Shown piece by piece: positions 47,412 to 59,263 of a DNA stretch of 64,000 nucleotides. The notes under the pieces were generated by a model. That model did not search any database. It was not told the DNA's origin and saw nothing but the letters and a program-made list of their open reading frames with translations. The stretch covers positions 2,046,001 to 2,110,000 of the forward strand of contig NW_027117341.1 of the NCBI RefSeq assembly GCF_038025025.1. Direction: 5' to 3'. Origin of the DNA: Phyllosticta citribraziliensis (lineage: Eukaryota). Both the position numbers and the translations under genes were made by a program. Position 1 is the first letter of the stretch. Each line of letters opens with the position of its first letter.

Positions 47412-49412
47412 ATGGAGCGCGCCTCGGCCACTCTTGTCCAAGTGGACAGCCATGGCTCTGCGGCGCCATCGGCTCAGAAGATCATTGTCGGACTGGATTT
47501 TGGCACCACATTCTCTGGTGAGCTATGCCGTTGCGGATTTCCCATATGCGACAACCCAAACTCAAAGCTCATACTGACACGGCGTAGGTATGTGCTGGGT
47601 CACGTCGAACGGGCAGGCCAACGACATTGAAGTCAAGAAAAGCTGGCCTGGGCGGGCCGAAAGTGTATCAAAGGTCCCGTCACGCATAGCCTACGCGTCG
47701 GAAAATCCCACTCTGAACGCGAACCTATTTGGATTCCAGATCAGGCCTTCCCACAAGCAAGTAGCCTGGTTCAAGCTGCGCCTCGACGATGAAGCAGCCC
47801 CGACCGAGTACGACGACCCAAATCTGAGACATTTTACAGACCCAGGACAAGATCACCTCCCCGCAAGGTTGACTGCAAAGATTGTCACCAAAGACTTTCT
47901 CAAAGAGCTCCACGCCCTTCTCATGATAGATCTTCGCACGTCGATCGCTCCCAAACTGTTGAGCAAAACTTCAATCGAGGTCTGGCTCACAGTGCCGGCG
48001 TCCTGGAGCGACCCCGCCAAGATGAAGACTCGCGAGGCTGCGATTGAAGCAGGCTTTGGCAAGCATGAAAAGGACTCGGTCAAGGTGATTTCGGAGCCCG
48101 AGGCTGCTGGAATCTTTGCGCTCTGTCCAGAAGTCAACCAGAACGCAGAACTCGTTGCGGCTGGCGAGACGTTCATCGTTTGCGATTGTGGCGGCGGCAC
48201 CGTCGACCTGACGGTGTATACATTGAAATCTGCACCCCCAAATCCGGAATTCCTAGAAATCTGCAAGGGCAAGGCGGGCAAGTGCGGTGCCACAATGATT
48301 GATCGAGCGTTCTGTTACTGGATGGAGAGGACCTTTGGAGAGGCCTACACTAAGCTTCCGCAGGCGCAACGCGGTCCCGGTTCTCACTTCATGCGCGAAT
48401 TCGAGGATTGCAAGACGACCTTCAGCAGCCGAAACATCCCGAACTTTAAGCATGAATACTTTGAGATTAGCCCCATCAAGATGGATGTGCCAAGGTCGTC
48501 CAAGTATGATAGAGAGAGTGAATCTGTCAATCTGTCTTTGTAAGTCATGACCATTTCCAGGAGCCTGGGAAATGCCTCTGACAAAAGATCCTAGGAAAAC
48601 GTTGAAGCGTTTTTTTGATCAAGTCATTTCGCACGTCATACAGTTGCTCGAAGAACAAATCGAAGAGGCCAGGATGGCGCTGGGAGGGAAACATGTCGAC
48701 CGCGTAATTCTTGTCGGCGGCCTGGGCAATAATCTCTACCTCAGAGACAGGCTGACGGAATGGTGCAGGCAGCAGACGCCAGTCCTCGGCCTCATATCTC
48801 CTCCATATGGCGAATCTCAAAGCTGCATCATGAAGGGGGCCGCAATTCGCGGTCTTTTGGGATTGAAGCCGACCTACCGCGTCTCTCGGCGTCACTATGG
48901 CTTCGGCGTCAGCCTTCATTTTCGCGAAGGCATTGATTCTCCGGAAGACGCTTGGTTAGATGACGATGGGGAGAAGATGTGCTTCGGTCGCATTGTCTGG
49001 CTCGTCCGCAAGGCGAGTTGAGCCATGACATCCAAAAGTTCCCAGACTAATGGTGTAACAGGGCCAATTCGTCGAAAACGATTTCCACATGGAGGTCAAG
49101 GTCCGCAAGTACTTCACGCACAGCACGCGCAGGCGAGACGTAGTAGAGCTCTGGTCTTGCGACGGGGACCATGCACCAGACTACGAAAGCGATGACAGCC
49201 TATTCAAAGTGGCTTCAATCAGTTACGACTTCTATAAGAGCGACTTCAAGGGCATCAAGCGTACTTACAGCAACACGTTGAAGAGAAATTGCCAGATCCT
49301 CAATTACTTCGTCCGCGCCAACATGGGCGCCGATGAGGGAGTCTTGACTGTCGAGGTCGCGGGCGCAAGGCTATTCGGGTCGGCGAATATTACATTCCAC
49401 GAAATGGACTGA
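47412..49412 (+). CDS. HSPA12-like Hsp70 copy H2 (608 aa); exons 47412-47517, 47588-48539, 48595-49012, 49062-49412
   Basis: GLDFGTTFSG, TVPASWSD, EPEAAG, CDCGGGTVD, LVGGLG. Last intron is GC-AG (49013-49061). Confidence 0.9.
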
Positions 49413-51409
49413 TATGCAGTGTTTTTTGCCACCTCAATTTTATCACTCGTGGACGGAAACCCCTTGGCACTTGGGCTCGACAGCACTCGGGACATGGAAA
49501 GCCATGGTGTCGTGCTGGCTCAGCGCTTGAGGACTGGAATTGGTTCTGGAGGACGCTACTTTCTCGTTCATACCTCGATACCCAGGAATGCTGTTTTGTC
49601 TTGATCTAGCGTTCGACGGCCTTCCGTTGAGTCTTGGTCGCTTGATACACATCTTAGCTGTTTTGAGAACCTACGACATGCAGGTGTCTTCATGTTCCGA
49701 AAACTCGGTCTTTTCCAACCCTCTTGTGTTGTCATATCTTCTCTCTGACAAGGCGATTGCAGCCGTGGACCTGAAGGACTCACGGACCACGGCTGGTGAA
49801 TGCTCGCCGGTGCCCGATTGACTGAGGTTGCCCAACACAACCCATGAGAGGTGTTGTACACTCAAATATGAGCTTTGAAGAGCATTCTGGCTGCCTTGAA
49901 AAAAGACAGAGCGGTATTTCAAATCAAGGCGCAGGGGACGGAATGTTGGCAGAATGAGCGCGCAAGCCGAGCTCACCAAGAGGCAGTCCGGTAGTGCTCC
50001 GAATCCACCGCATTTGAGCCTCCCGCGATGCGCCTTTTGGAGATGAGATCAATTGATGGCATGACGCAATTGATGAGGTGGCCAACTGAATTTTGATGCT
50101 TGAATGTCGAGGCGTTCCCAGGTATCAGACGTTGTGAGGTCCTAGGGTGCCGTGGGTGCCTGAGGTGGTAAGAGAGCGGCCCCTCAGCGCTATGCCCAAT
50201 CCGGTATCCCGCCTGAGGCAACGAACTCGTGGACGAAACTCATCACCTTGATGGATTCAACACCATGACGCCATCATACAACAACCAACAGCACTGATTG
50301 AGCTTACCTGACGCTGCAAGCTACGGCACCTTTGCCTCTCATGCCACAAATTGGAGGGCGCCGGCAAGTTACAACACTACCGATGTACATCTGATCTCCC
50401 TTCCTCTTCTGCAACCGCATGACGGCGCTGGCCAGATGAGCCGCACAGCTCCCTCCTCCCTCGCCTGTCGCTCGCGACATTTTCCAACGCTGCACCATTC
50501 AAAGGCATCATTTCGAGGTGACAGATGATACCGTCAGCTTTGCAATTCGTCTGTCTTTGATCAACACCAAGAAGTAGGCACCGCCACCGATGCCGGAAAC
50601 GCCACCACGACACTCGACAACATCGGCTGCTTCTCTGTCGAGTCGCTCGACAATGCCGCAGAACAACGTCAGAGTATGGTCAAGTTCTCCCTGTGGCCTT
50701 GCACCTGTGCTGACCAGCAACGCTGTGTAGTTCCTCTTCCATCGACCTCTTCCTCATAGCACCGCTCAATGGCAGCGCCGAGATGCGATAACAACGCCGT
50801 ACGGGCAGGGCGGAGTCCGTCGTTGACAAACACCGAGGGCAAAGAACCACCGCCGTAGCCGCCGCCGGCCCCAACGCTCAGCTTCCTCGACGCATCCTAC
50901 CATCACTCTCTCAAGCCGCCCACCGGCGCCAGACACGGTACAATGCTTTGGTCGAGGACAGGACGTCAATGGCGACATGTCAGAGCAGGATGGATACACG
51001 CGCGACTGCGACACCACGCTTGCCGGCCGCGCCAACATCTTTTCCTCCCCTCCCCCGACTGCCACTGTCACCCAGCGCCCATCTTCGCGGCATGGCGCAT
51101 GCCACAACATCGGAGTAGGATAGACGTACCTCCGCTCCGCCACATCGCATTCGCCCCTTCCCAGGCATCTCTCTCTTGCCCGCCCGTTAGCGAACAGTGC
51201 TGCTCAAAAACACCGTCGCGAAGCGCCCCGACAAAATGTGCTCAACAACCACCTGCATCTTTCTCGTACCTCAGGCTTGTCGGCGTGTTCTCGTAAGCCC
51301 CCAGCAGTGCGGCGCTGATGTCCAACAACATCCCGGTCATTGCACGGGCTTGAGCGCCCCCAGGGCAACGTCATGCCCTCGAGGCGGGCCGTACCGAGCG
51401 CGAGCGTCG

Positions 51410-52900
51410 CGTGTCGATCTTTCTGCATGGATGAGGCGTTCGCTTCGTCGAGCAGCTGAGGAAAGTGTTCGGCAACGCTGCGGAACTCGCCACGACGGCG
51501 CTGCATAGCGCCGCTCGCCCTGCGCCGCGCCGTATCATCGAGGTCCACCGCCGCCGCGAATGTGAGGGTGGTGGATTGAAGTTCCTCTCCGCACAGCACC
51601 GCTCCCTCTGTACACCGCGCCGTATCGTCGAAGCCCACCGCCGCGAATATGATGGTCGTATCTTGATCTTTCTGCGCGGATGAGGTGTCAGGGACGACGG
51701 CCGCTGAAGACACGGGGGTAGACGGGCTTGGAAACTCTGAGGACCTCGCGACCTGGCTGCTGGGCAACGCTGCGCTCCTGGTAAAAGGCGCCGTATTACC
51801 GAGGCTTGCCGCTTCAAGTACGAGTGTCGGTTGTCGATCTTCTGCGAAAACGAGTTGTCAGCGACGTCGACTACTTGAGAGCTGGGGGCAAACGAGTTTG
51901 GAACCTTTGTAGACCTCACAACCTGGGCGCTGGACAGCGACGCTCTCCCCATGCGCAGAACCGTGTTGCCTAGGACCGCTACGGCCTGCGCATGTCTTCC
52001 TCTCCGATCTCTTTTTACGAGTGCGGCGGCAGCGTCGTAGACCGCTTCAGTAACAGTATCGTAGCCTCTGCAGTCCTCGCAGCAATCCCCCTGGGCCGCA
52101 CCGCTCTCCCGGTGCGAACCCTTTTGCCGTCAAGGCCTGCCATAGCCAGCACGAGCCTTGCCCTTCGATATCTTTGCGCAAGTGCGGTCGCAGCGCCGCG
52201 GAACGCTCCAGGAAACGGCGTGGTAGAGCCTGTAGACCTCGCCACAACGGCGCTGGATAACGCTGCCTTCCCCGTACGCAGAATCGAGACATCGAGGTCC
52301 GCCATAGCGAGCGCGCACCTTTCCCGACCTTCCTGTGCAATTGGAGTGTTAGCCTCGTTGACCACTTCGGCTGCGGTGTTGAAAACTCCGCCGCAGCCTT
52401 TGCCACGGTATCGCTGGTAGACAGCGCCGCCCTCCTCGTGCGTGGCATCGAGAGCACAGGGTCCGCCATTGCGCGTGCGCGCCTTTCCCAAACTTTCTGT
52501 GCCAATGGAGTACCAGCAGTGTTGACCCCTTCTTGAGAGACGGCGTTGTAACCTCCACGGCCCTCACCACATTGCCGCTGGACCTCAACGCTCTTCCCGC
52601 ACGCAGCACTGACGTATTGAGGCCGTTCGTAGCCAGTGCAAGTTGTATTTGCGATCTACCTGCGTGGATGGGACGTGAGCGACGTTGACCACTTCTCAAG
52701 AGACGGCAACGTGACCTCCGCAGCCCTCGCAACCTCAGCGCTGGCCAGTATCGCCCTCCCCGTGCGCAGTATCGTGCTCCTGAGACCCGCCACGCCGAGC
52801 ACAAGCTCCGTCGTCGATTTCCTGCGCGCATGCGGTGTCAGCGTCGTCAAACGGCCGCGTAAGAACTCTGAAAGCCACGCCACCGTACCTGCGTAAGAGC
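51410..52900 (+). repeat. Degenerate tandem repeat, about 9-10 units of mostly 160-170 bp; possible relic of a repeat-protein gene
   Basis: Anchor motif (G)xCCTCxCxAC..GCGCTGG..GCxCTCCCCGTxCGCAG recurs near 51484, 51744, 51914, 52075, 52237, 52398, 52562, 52725, with weaker copies near 51584 and 52875. Confidence 0.75.
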
Positions 52901-53862
52901 GACACAGCGTCAACACGCCGGCCCGCGACGCCGCATCGCTGCTGCATGGCAGCCATGACGCCAGCTGTGTGCGATTTCTTGCTCGTAGGGCACAGCAGCG
53001 GCGCAAGTTGCTGCAAGAAAAGCGGCACAGGTTGCAGGCTTCCTGGTCTTTCGCATCCGCGTCGGTGGGTATGGCGTGGCGCGTCGCGGAAGGGTGTGCT
53101 TGCGCGGACGACGGGGAGGAGACGTGTCGGTGGTGCTCGCGTGGTTTCGCCTGGAAAATTGTTAGTACGAGAGGACGGTAGCGTCCGCGCAACGACGACG
53201 CGGAGCAGCGGAGTTGCAGCGCGCTTTCTGGCCTCGAGTCACTGAACCGACGCGCTTTGTCTACGCGGATATGACGGCGTCAAAGAGCACGGAAAGGAGG
53301 AGAAGCCAGATTGATTGAGCAGCACTACCGAGCAAACTTTTGAGGCGAGCTGAGGCTCGATTAGAAGGAATCAGAAAGCAAGCAAAGAAAAGAAGCACGC
53401 CTGTCCGTCCCGCCGACCGAATACTCCCTTGCTTCCAAATACACGTTCTCCTTCGTATTCTGTATTCGGTCGGTGTGTTTTTGAGCAAAGCCCTCGCCGT
53501 ATTGGCTGATGGGCAGGTGTCGGGCAAGCAATTAGGCAAAGAGAAAAAGCAAAAGAGCAAAGAAAAAAAGCAGAGAAGCAATCAGAGGCCCTGGTGCCGA
53601 AAGGTCCGGCTGTTTCTGTGGTCTGCTGCTTCGACTGAGGCGAGAGAGTGTCGCCAGAAGGTTCGTCCATCTCTTTCGCATCTCAGCAAAACCCGTCAAG
53701 CAAGATTGAGGTCTTTGTACGAAAGGAGGTAAAGACGTTATGGTTGCACTTCCTTTATGCCGTTTGAAATCGAGCTTTGTGTCGCTGAACGACTCAGTTC
53801 GAGCGCATCGGGATCGAGGATACCGCGGATGCTTTTCTGTCCTGTGTCTGATTTATCGATGT

Positions 53863-55267
53863 TCAGAGCTGACTGTCCTCCAAGTAGACCACAGCTTTTG
53901 CAATGACTCGATGACGCTCATAGTCTTCGCCATGGCTGTTTCCATGAGCGAGAACAACCGGGCTCAACACAATCTTGACTCTCGCACCGTCCATGGTTGT
54001 CTCGCCTTCGTCTTCGTCAATCTTGTGGAGACGGTCAGCCCTCAAGTAAGGCGAGGCGATGAAGAAATCAACACCGATCAGGTCTGCTGGCTCCATCCAG
54101 CTGTAATAGACACGCTGAGTTTGCAGGCGCCCGTAAACATTGGCTGCGCGGGTCACCAGCATGCAAAGGTCCTGTTTGCGGTTGTCCTGTTCGTTCTCAT
54201 ACAAATCCTTCATCATGAATGCCGCTGAACTGCGAAGGAAAATGTTGGCCATGGTCGAGTGAAACTCTTCCGCTTCCTTTTCGGACCTCAGAGAGCCAGA
54301 GATAGGCTGATCCATGTTTCTGTGGCCTCCATTCTTGAATACGAAACGGCTGAGCTGAGTGCGCCATGCATGGGCCTCAGTGACTCGATCTATTCGATTT
54401 CTGGTCAGCACGGCAAATCCGAACGCTGTGGGATTGCATGAGCGGTTTACCTGTGCACATCTTGAGGAAGATGTCGTAGAACTTGCCGTGCAATGACTTC
54501 TGGCTGCCGTCGTTCAACCAAAAGAATGGGTTCCGAAACACAAGGTGACGAAGAAACTCTGACAAGAGCGCCGCCAAAACAATGAACGGGTGCTTCATCA
54601 TCTCAATCTCATCGATGTTGGAAAGCGAGCTGACTCTTCCGACCTTCGCACCAAATTCCCGCTGTGTTTTCTCATCAAGGCGACGGAACTTGCTGGCACA
54701 TGAAGTTCCCGAATCACCATACGTCTTGGCCCAGCTCCGAATGTCCTTGTAGATTTGCGACAAGTCGTCTCGGATCTTGGAGTCGTCCTCTGGCAACCAC
54801 TCTGTCTGGGCCTGCTTGAACGTGCTGATCTGGGCCTTGCGAAGGTCCAGCGTTGCAGAGTCCAACTGGCCTTGTACCTTTCGCAGTCGATCGACAAGTT
54901 CATTCTGCGATGCCTTGAAGCGAGCGCGTTCGTTGACAATGACTTCCTTGAGAGCATCGACTTCAGTTGAGTTTCGAGTCGAAGCGGCTCTGAGTGTGCG
55001 AATCGCCTTGGACTGCTTTTCGTTCAGCATTCTGGCTTCATCCAGCTCGTTCGACATGGCAATCATGGTTTCTTCCATCCGACGCATCCTCCTCGTAGTG
55101 CGCTCGAGCTGCGAGCTTGGTGTAGTGTCCGGGTCACTGGCATACCCATCAGTGATTTCGGACAATGCATCATCGCGGACCGAGTGGAAAGGCACGCTAC
55201 TTCCTCTTGAGCTGTGTGTTTGGCGTGGGCTCTTGAGGAAATCGGAAAGTCTTGAGAACGCGTCCAT
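53863..55267 (-). CDS. Coiled-coil partner protein P3 (447 aa); exons 55267-54451, 54389-53863
   Basis: Coiled coil, WLPEDDSKI..IRSWAKTY, HPF..FRNPFF, GNSHGEDYERHRVIAKAVVYL. Conserved intron 54390-54450. Confidence 0.88.
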
Positions 55268-55610
55268 TTTGGGCGCGCAAACGCTCGAATGTGAGATCGC
55301 AATCAGTAGCAGGCCAGGTGTGGTAAGAGTTCCTGTAGACAAAGAGCAAAGGTGGTAGAGGTTTGCTCAGTGGAGCGTCGTGCGCAGGACGTGGGTTTGT
55401 TGTTTGTTGCCTGTCGGGGAGGGAAGGTGCTGGCCTTGCGCCTTCCAGCCAGCACTGGGCAGTCCACCCACCCACCCAGACTCTGCGCCCACTCCCTCCG
55501 CCCAGCAACTCCTCTCTCCCTCTTCCACCCTCAACCTACCACCTTCACCTCCTCTCAACACCTTTGGCTCTGCTCGGCGGATCAGAGAATTCGCCCTGCG
55601 CTCTGCCATC

Positions 55611-57549
55611 ATGGCGCCGTCCCTTCACAAGATCATAGTTGGTCTTGACTATGGCACGACATACACCGGTGAGCTCGCCAGTTTGCGCACTCGAATCCTT
55701 CCCAGTTGCACACACTGTGCTCTCAAACGACCAGATCACAGCATGCTGACAGCTCCTGGTAGGCGTCAGCTACGTCACCTCCAATGAAGAGTCAATGGAA
55801 AAGATAGAGGTCATCAGTCAATGGCCAGGAACCTCTGACACAGCCTCCAAAGTCCCTACGAGGATTGCATACGCCAGCGAGAACAACAACCTGATGACCG
55901 ACTCCTGGGGTTTCACCGTTGCGGCCTCGATGGAGTCCTATAGTTGGACCAAGCTTCTTCTTGATCGCACCAGCACGCTCACCGACTTCGACGATCCCTC
56001 TCTCAGGAACCTCATGGGATTCGGCATGATGAGACTTCCTGTCGACAAATCCGCCAAAGAAGTCTGCGAAGACTTTCTAACTGGACTTCATCACTACACG
56101 GCCATGATTCTTGCCAAGAAATACTCGCCTGAGATCTATGATATCACACCCGTCGAATGCTGGATTACAGTCCCTGCCATCTGGAGTGATGCAGCAAAGA
56201 ACGCCACTCGGTCAGCAGCCATGATGGCTGGCTTCGGATCTCGACCCAACGATGCGGTCAACATCATCACCGAGCCTGAGGCAGCTGCCCTTGCTGCGCT
56301 GAAGCCGCACGTGGACCCACGAAGCATTGACCCTGTCCATCCCGGAGAAAACATCCTTGTCTGCGACTGTGGTGGTGGTACGGTGGACATCACCACATAC
56401 AAGATCATGGAGGCTTCGCCCCGCTTGCTCTTCAAAGAACTTTGCGTTGGCATCGGAGGAAAGGTTGGATCAACCTACATCGACCGAAACTTCAACAAGT
56501 GGCTCAGCGACACTTTCGGCGAGGCCTACACCAGAATTCCCGCCAAGAAACGTGGCCCAGGAAGCGCCTTCATGCGTTCTTTCGAAACAGCGAAGCGTGC
56601 GTTCGGCAGTAACCTCGATGGACGGAATGAGATGAAGTTCATCGAAATCGAACATCTCTACATGAAGTGCTCTTGGTCTTCGAGCTTCGACGAGGATGAG
56701 AATACCCTCAAATTGACTTCCGCCGACATGCAAAGTTTCTTCGACCCCGTTGTCAGCGATGTTCTTCGTCTCATAACTTCCCAAGCTGATCGCGCAAAGA
56801 GCCTCGGCCATCCCGTTGACCGCGTCATTCTTGTCGGAGGTTTTGGAGACTCCGACTACTTGGTCGGACGCATCAGGTCCTGGTGTGAAGCGCAAACAGT
56901 ACGGGCGAAGCTGACCTGTCCACCCCAATGCCAAGCTGCAATCGTCAGAGGTGCTGCTCTGCGTGGTCTCGAGGGTCTCAAGCCCTCATCCAGGATTTCT
57001 CGTCGCCATTATGGTCACCCGGTTGGCCTTCGATTCCGCGACGGCAGAGATCCAGAGCAACACGCCTACCACAATCATTGGCACGACAAGAAATATTGCT
57101 CGTCGCGAGTTGATTGGGGCGTTCGCAAGGTGAGTAGCTCTTAGTTCTTGTTGCACATTTCTGTTCACGATGTGACTGACGTCTTGTAGGGACAGGAGAT
57201 CAATGACGACTTCGAAGTTGAACTCGAAGTAGGCCGCAACTACTACAACACGGACTTGCGCTATGTGAACAAGGCCTTCCATGTCAAGCTTCTCTGCTGC
57301 AGCTCCGATGACGCTCCTGAGCAGGAATTCGAGGCTGGGGTTGAGAAGGTCGGCACCATCTCCACGGAGTTTTCTGACCTCGACTTTGCGAGTGCGCCGA
57401 AGCGCTTCAAGCAGGGTATTGGCTGGATCCACAGGCTTGAATATGTCATCAAGATCAGATTTTCGGCTGAAGAAGGCGTCTTGGTCTTCTCTACCTGGAT
57501 CGAAGGACGTCAAGCTGGTCATACCAAGGTCGAATTTCACGACACTTGA
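55611..57549 (+). CDS. HSPA12-like Hsp70 copy H3 (594 aa); exons 55611-55668, 55763-57129, 57190-57549
   Basis: GLDYGTTYTG, TVPAIWSDAAK, EPEAAA, CDCGGGTVD, LVGGFGDS. Two GT-AG introns. Confidence 0.92.
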
Positions 57550-59101
57550 GTCTTTCACTCCACTCGTCGACGGCGCCGTAGGATTCAGCCATAGAAAGCT
57601 CTTGGAAATTCCCCTCTGCTTTCACATCACAGCCGTTACGACAAGGAATCCGCGCGAGGTCTACCCCCTCGGTGTCGGCTTCGCTCTTCATGTAAATTAT
57701 CACAATCGGCCCACTATTTCGGCCACTTTCCACTGGAATTCTGCTTTTGCAAGGCACATCCATGGTTTGATACCGGTTTTTGGGTTTTCAGGGATGATGG
57801 CCACGTCAGGGTAGCAACTCAGACAGCTTCAATGCAAACCATTTCCCTCTATGGATATGCTGGCCAGTTAGTCCTTGATTGACTTTGTGATAGGACATTT
57901 GTCAGTGCTAATGCAGTTGGTTTCTTTGTGCCAGCCATAGGGATGGAAAGACGGCAACCGGAGCAGAGTGAGAAGGCCCAGAACATCCTACGAGGGCACG
58001 GTGCTAACACAGTGTTTCCGCCGCGAAAACGCCCTACCGTCGACATGGTCGTAGAGGATGCGCTAATGAGTTCTCTTTGCGACAATGACGAGTTCGGGGG
58101 GAGGCTGTGCTCTTCCGCGTGTTGCCCGACTCTCCCGCCAACAGACAGGAAAAATAGCGGCTTCGAGCATTGCAGCACACATCAAGCACCGCAAAGGACT
58201 CCGTCATCGTCGACGCCCTTCTCCTTCTTGAGCCTTGTGGAGCCGATAAAAGCAAGCGAACAGCTTCTCTTTCAGAGCGCGTGCTTCCGACACAAGCGGT
58301 CGCCTTCCCCGAGACGCGCAAATTTCTGGCAAGCCAAGGTGGACGTCAATCCTCCAGCGCGGTATCGAAGCCACAAACTCTGTCCAGCAGTCTGTCTCCG
58401 CCGGCGCCCCTCGATTTCTCATCCTTTCCACAACTGACGGTAGCAATCGGTACGTTCCATCGACGCCTGTGGTCTCCGAAAGAAGCCGGACGTTGACACG
58501 ATGTGGTCCCAACAAACGGAGATGCACGCCATGCTTCCAGCACAACACGGAAACGAAAAAATCCATCGGACAACCTGCTTCCGGCGTCAGCGTTGCTGGC
58601 GCAGCTGTGACGGAAAATTCGCAGCAATTCCACCGTTTGAGCTGGCTTTGTTGCGCAAACATCGTGGAGCATTCGACCCGTTCACAGACGCAATCTATCC
58701 CAGCCGTTGTTACTGCGGCAGCACCTGTAGAAGGAGGCTTCGAAGTCCTTCCGCTGTAGGGGCGCAAGCTCTGCTGTGGAAAAAAAAGGGATAGAGAGCG
58801 GCTGGGCGCTTGCAGAGCTGAAGGAGGCGTGCACGAAAGGCTCTGGACGGCATGACGGGCGTGCTGTTTCTCAATAGCACTTGTGGCCTTTCGGAGACAG
58901 TGGCTCAGCGGATGCTTTTGCTTACCGCCTGGCAGAACGAGCGCCCGTGGTGTTGCAGTCCTCTCCCAGACGCCTACTTCGCCGGCGCTTCGTCTTCTTT
59001 GCCGTTCCTTGACGAATTGCGGCAGTCTAGTGCTCTTTCATTTGCCATGAGAGAGCACAGGGTCTGTTTTTAGTTGCTATGTCATGCTCGAAGGTAATGG
59101 A

Positions 59102-59135
59102 ATTCAGTGACGATTCTGATTCAGTGACGATTCTG
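59102..59135. repeat. Perfect 17-bp tandem duplication (ATTCAGTGACGATTCTG)x2
   Basis: Read directly. Confidence 0.9.
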
Positions 59136-59263
59136 ACCTTGATTTGCTAGTGCTACGTATCTGTTCCTTTCCCGGCGCGCAGAAACAACATCCAGCCCAC
59201 CTCCCGGCCTCCTTCGCGCATTTTGAGGGCACTGATGTCCAATCCCGTCATTAACACGTCCGT

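Noticed and set aside
51410..52900. Ankyrin/TPR, CRISPR or transposon interpretation of the repeat
   Set aside because: Unit length of about 54 aa and the consensus do not fit ankyrin or TPR; there is no identical repeat-spacer structure, terminal repeat or transposase motif.
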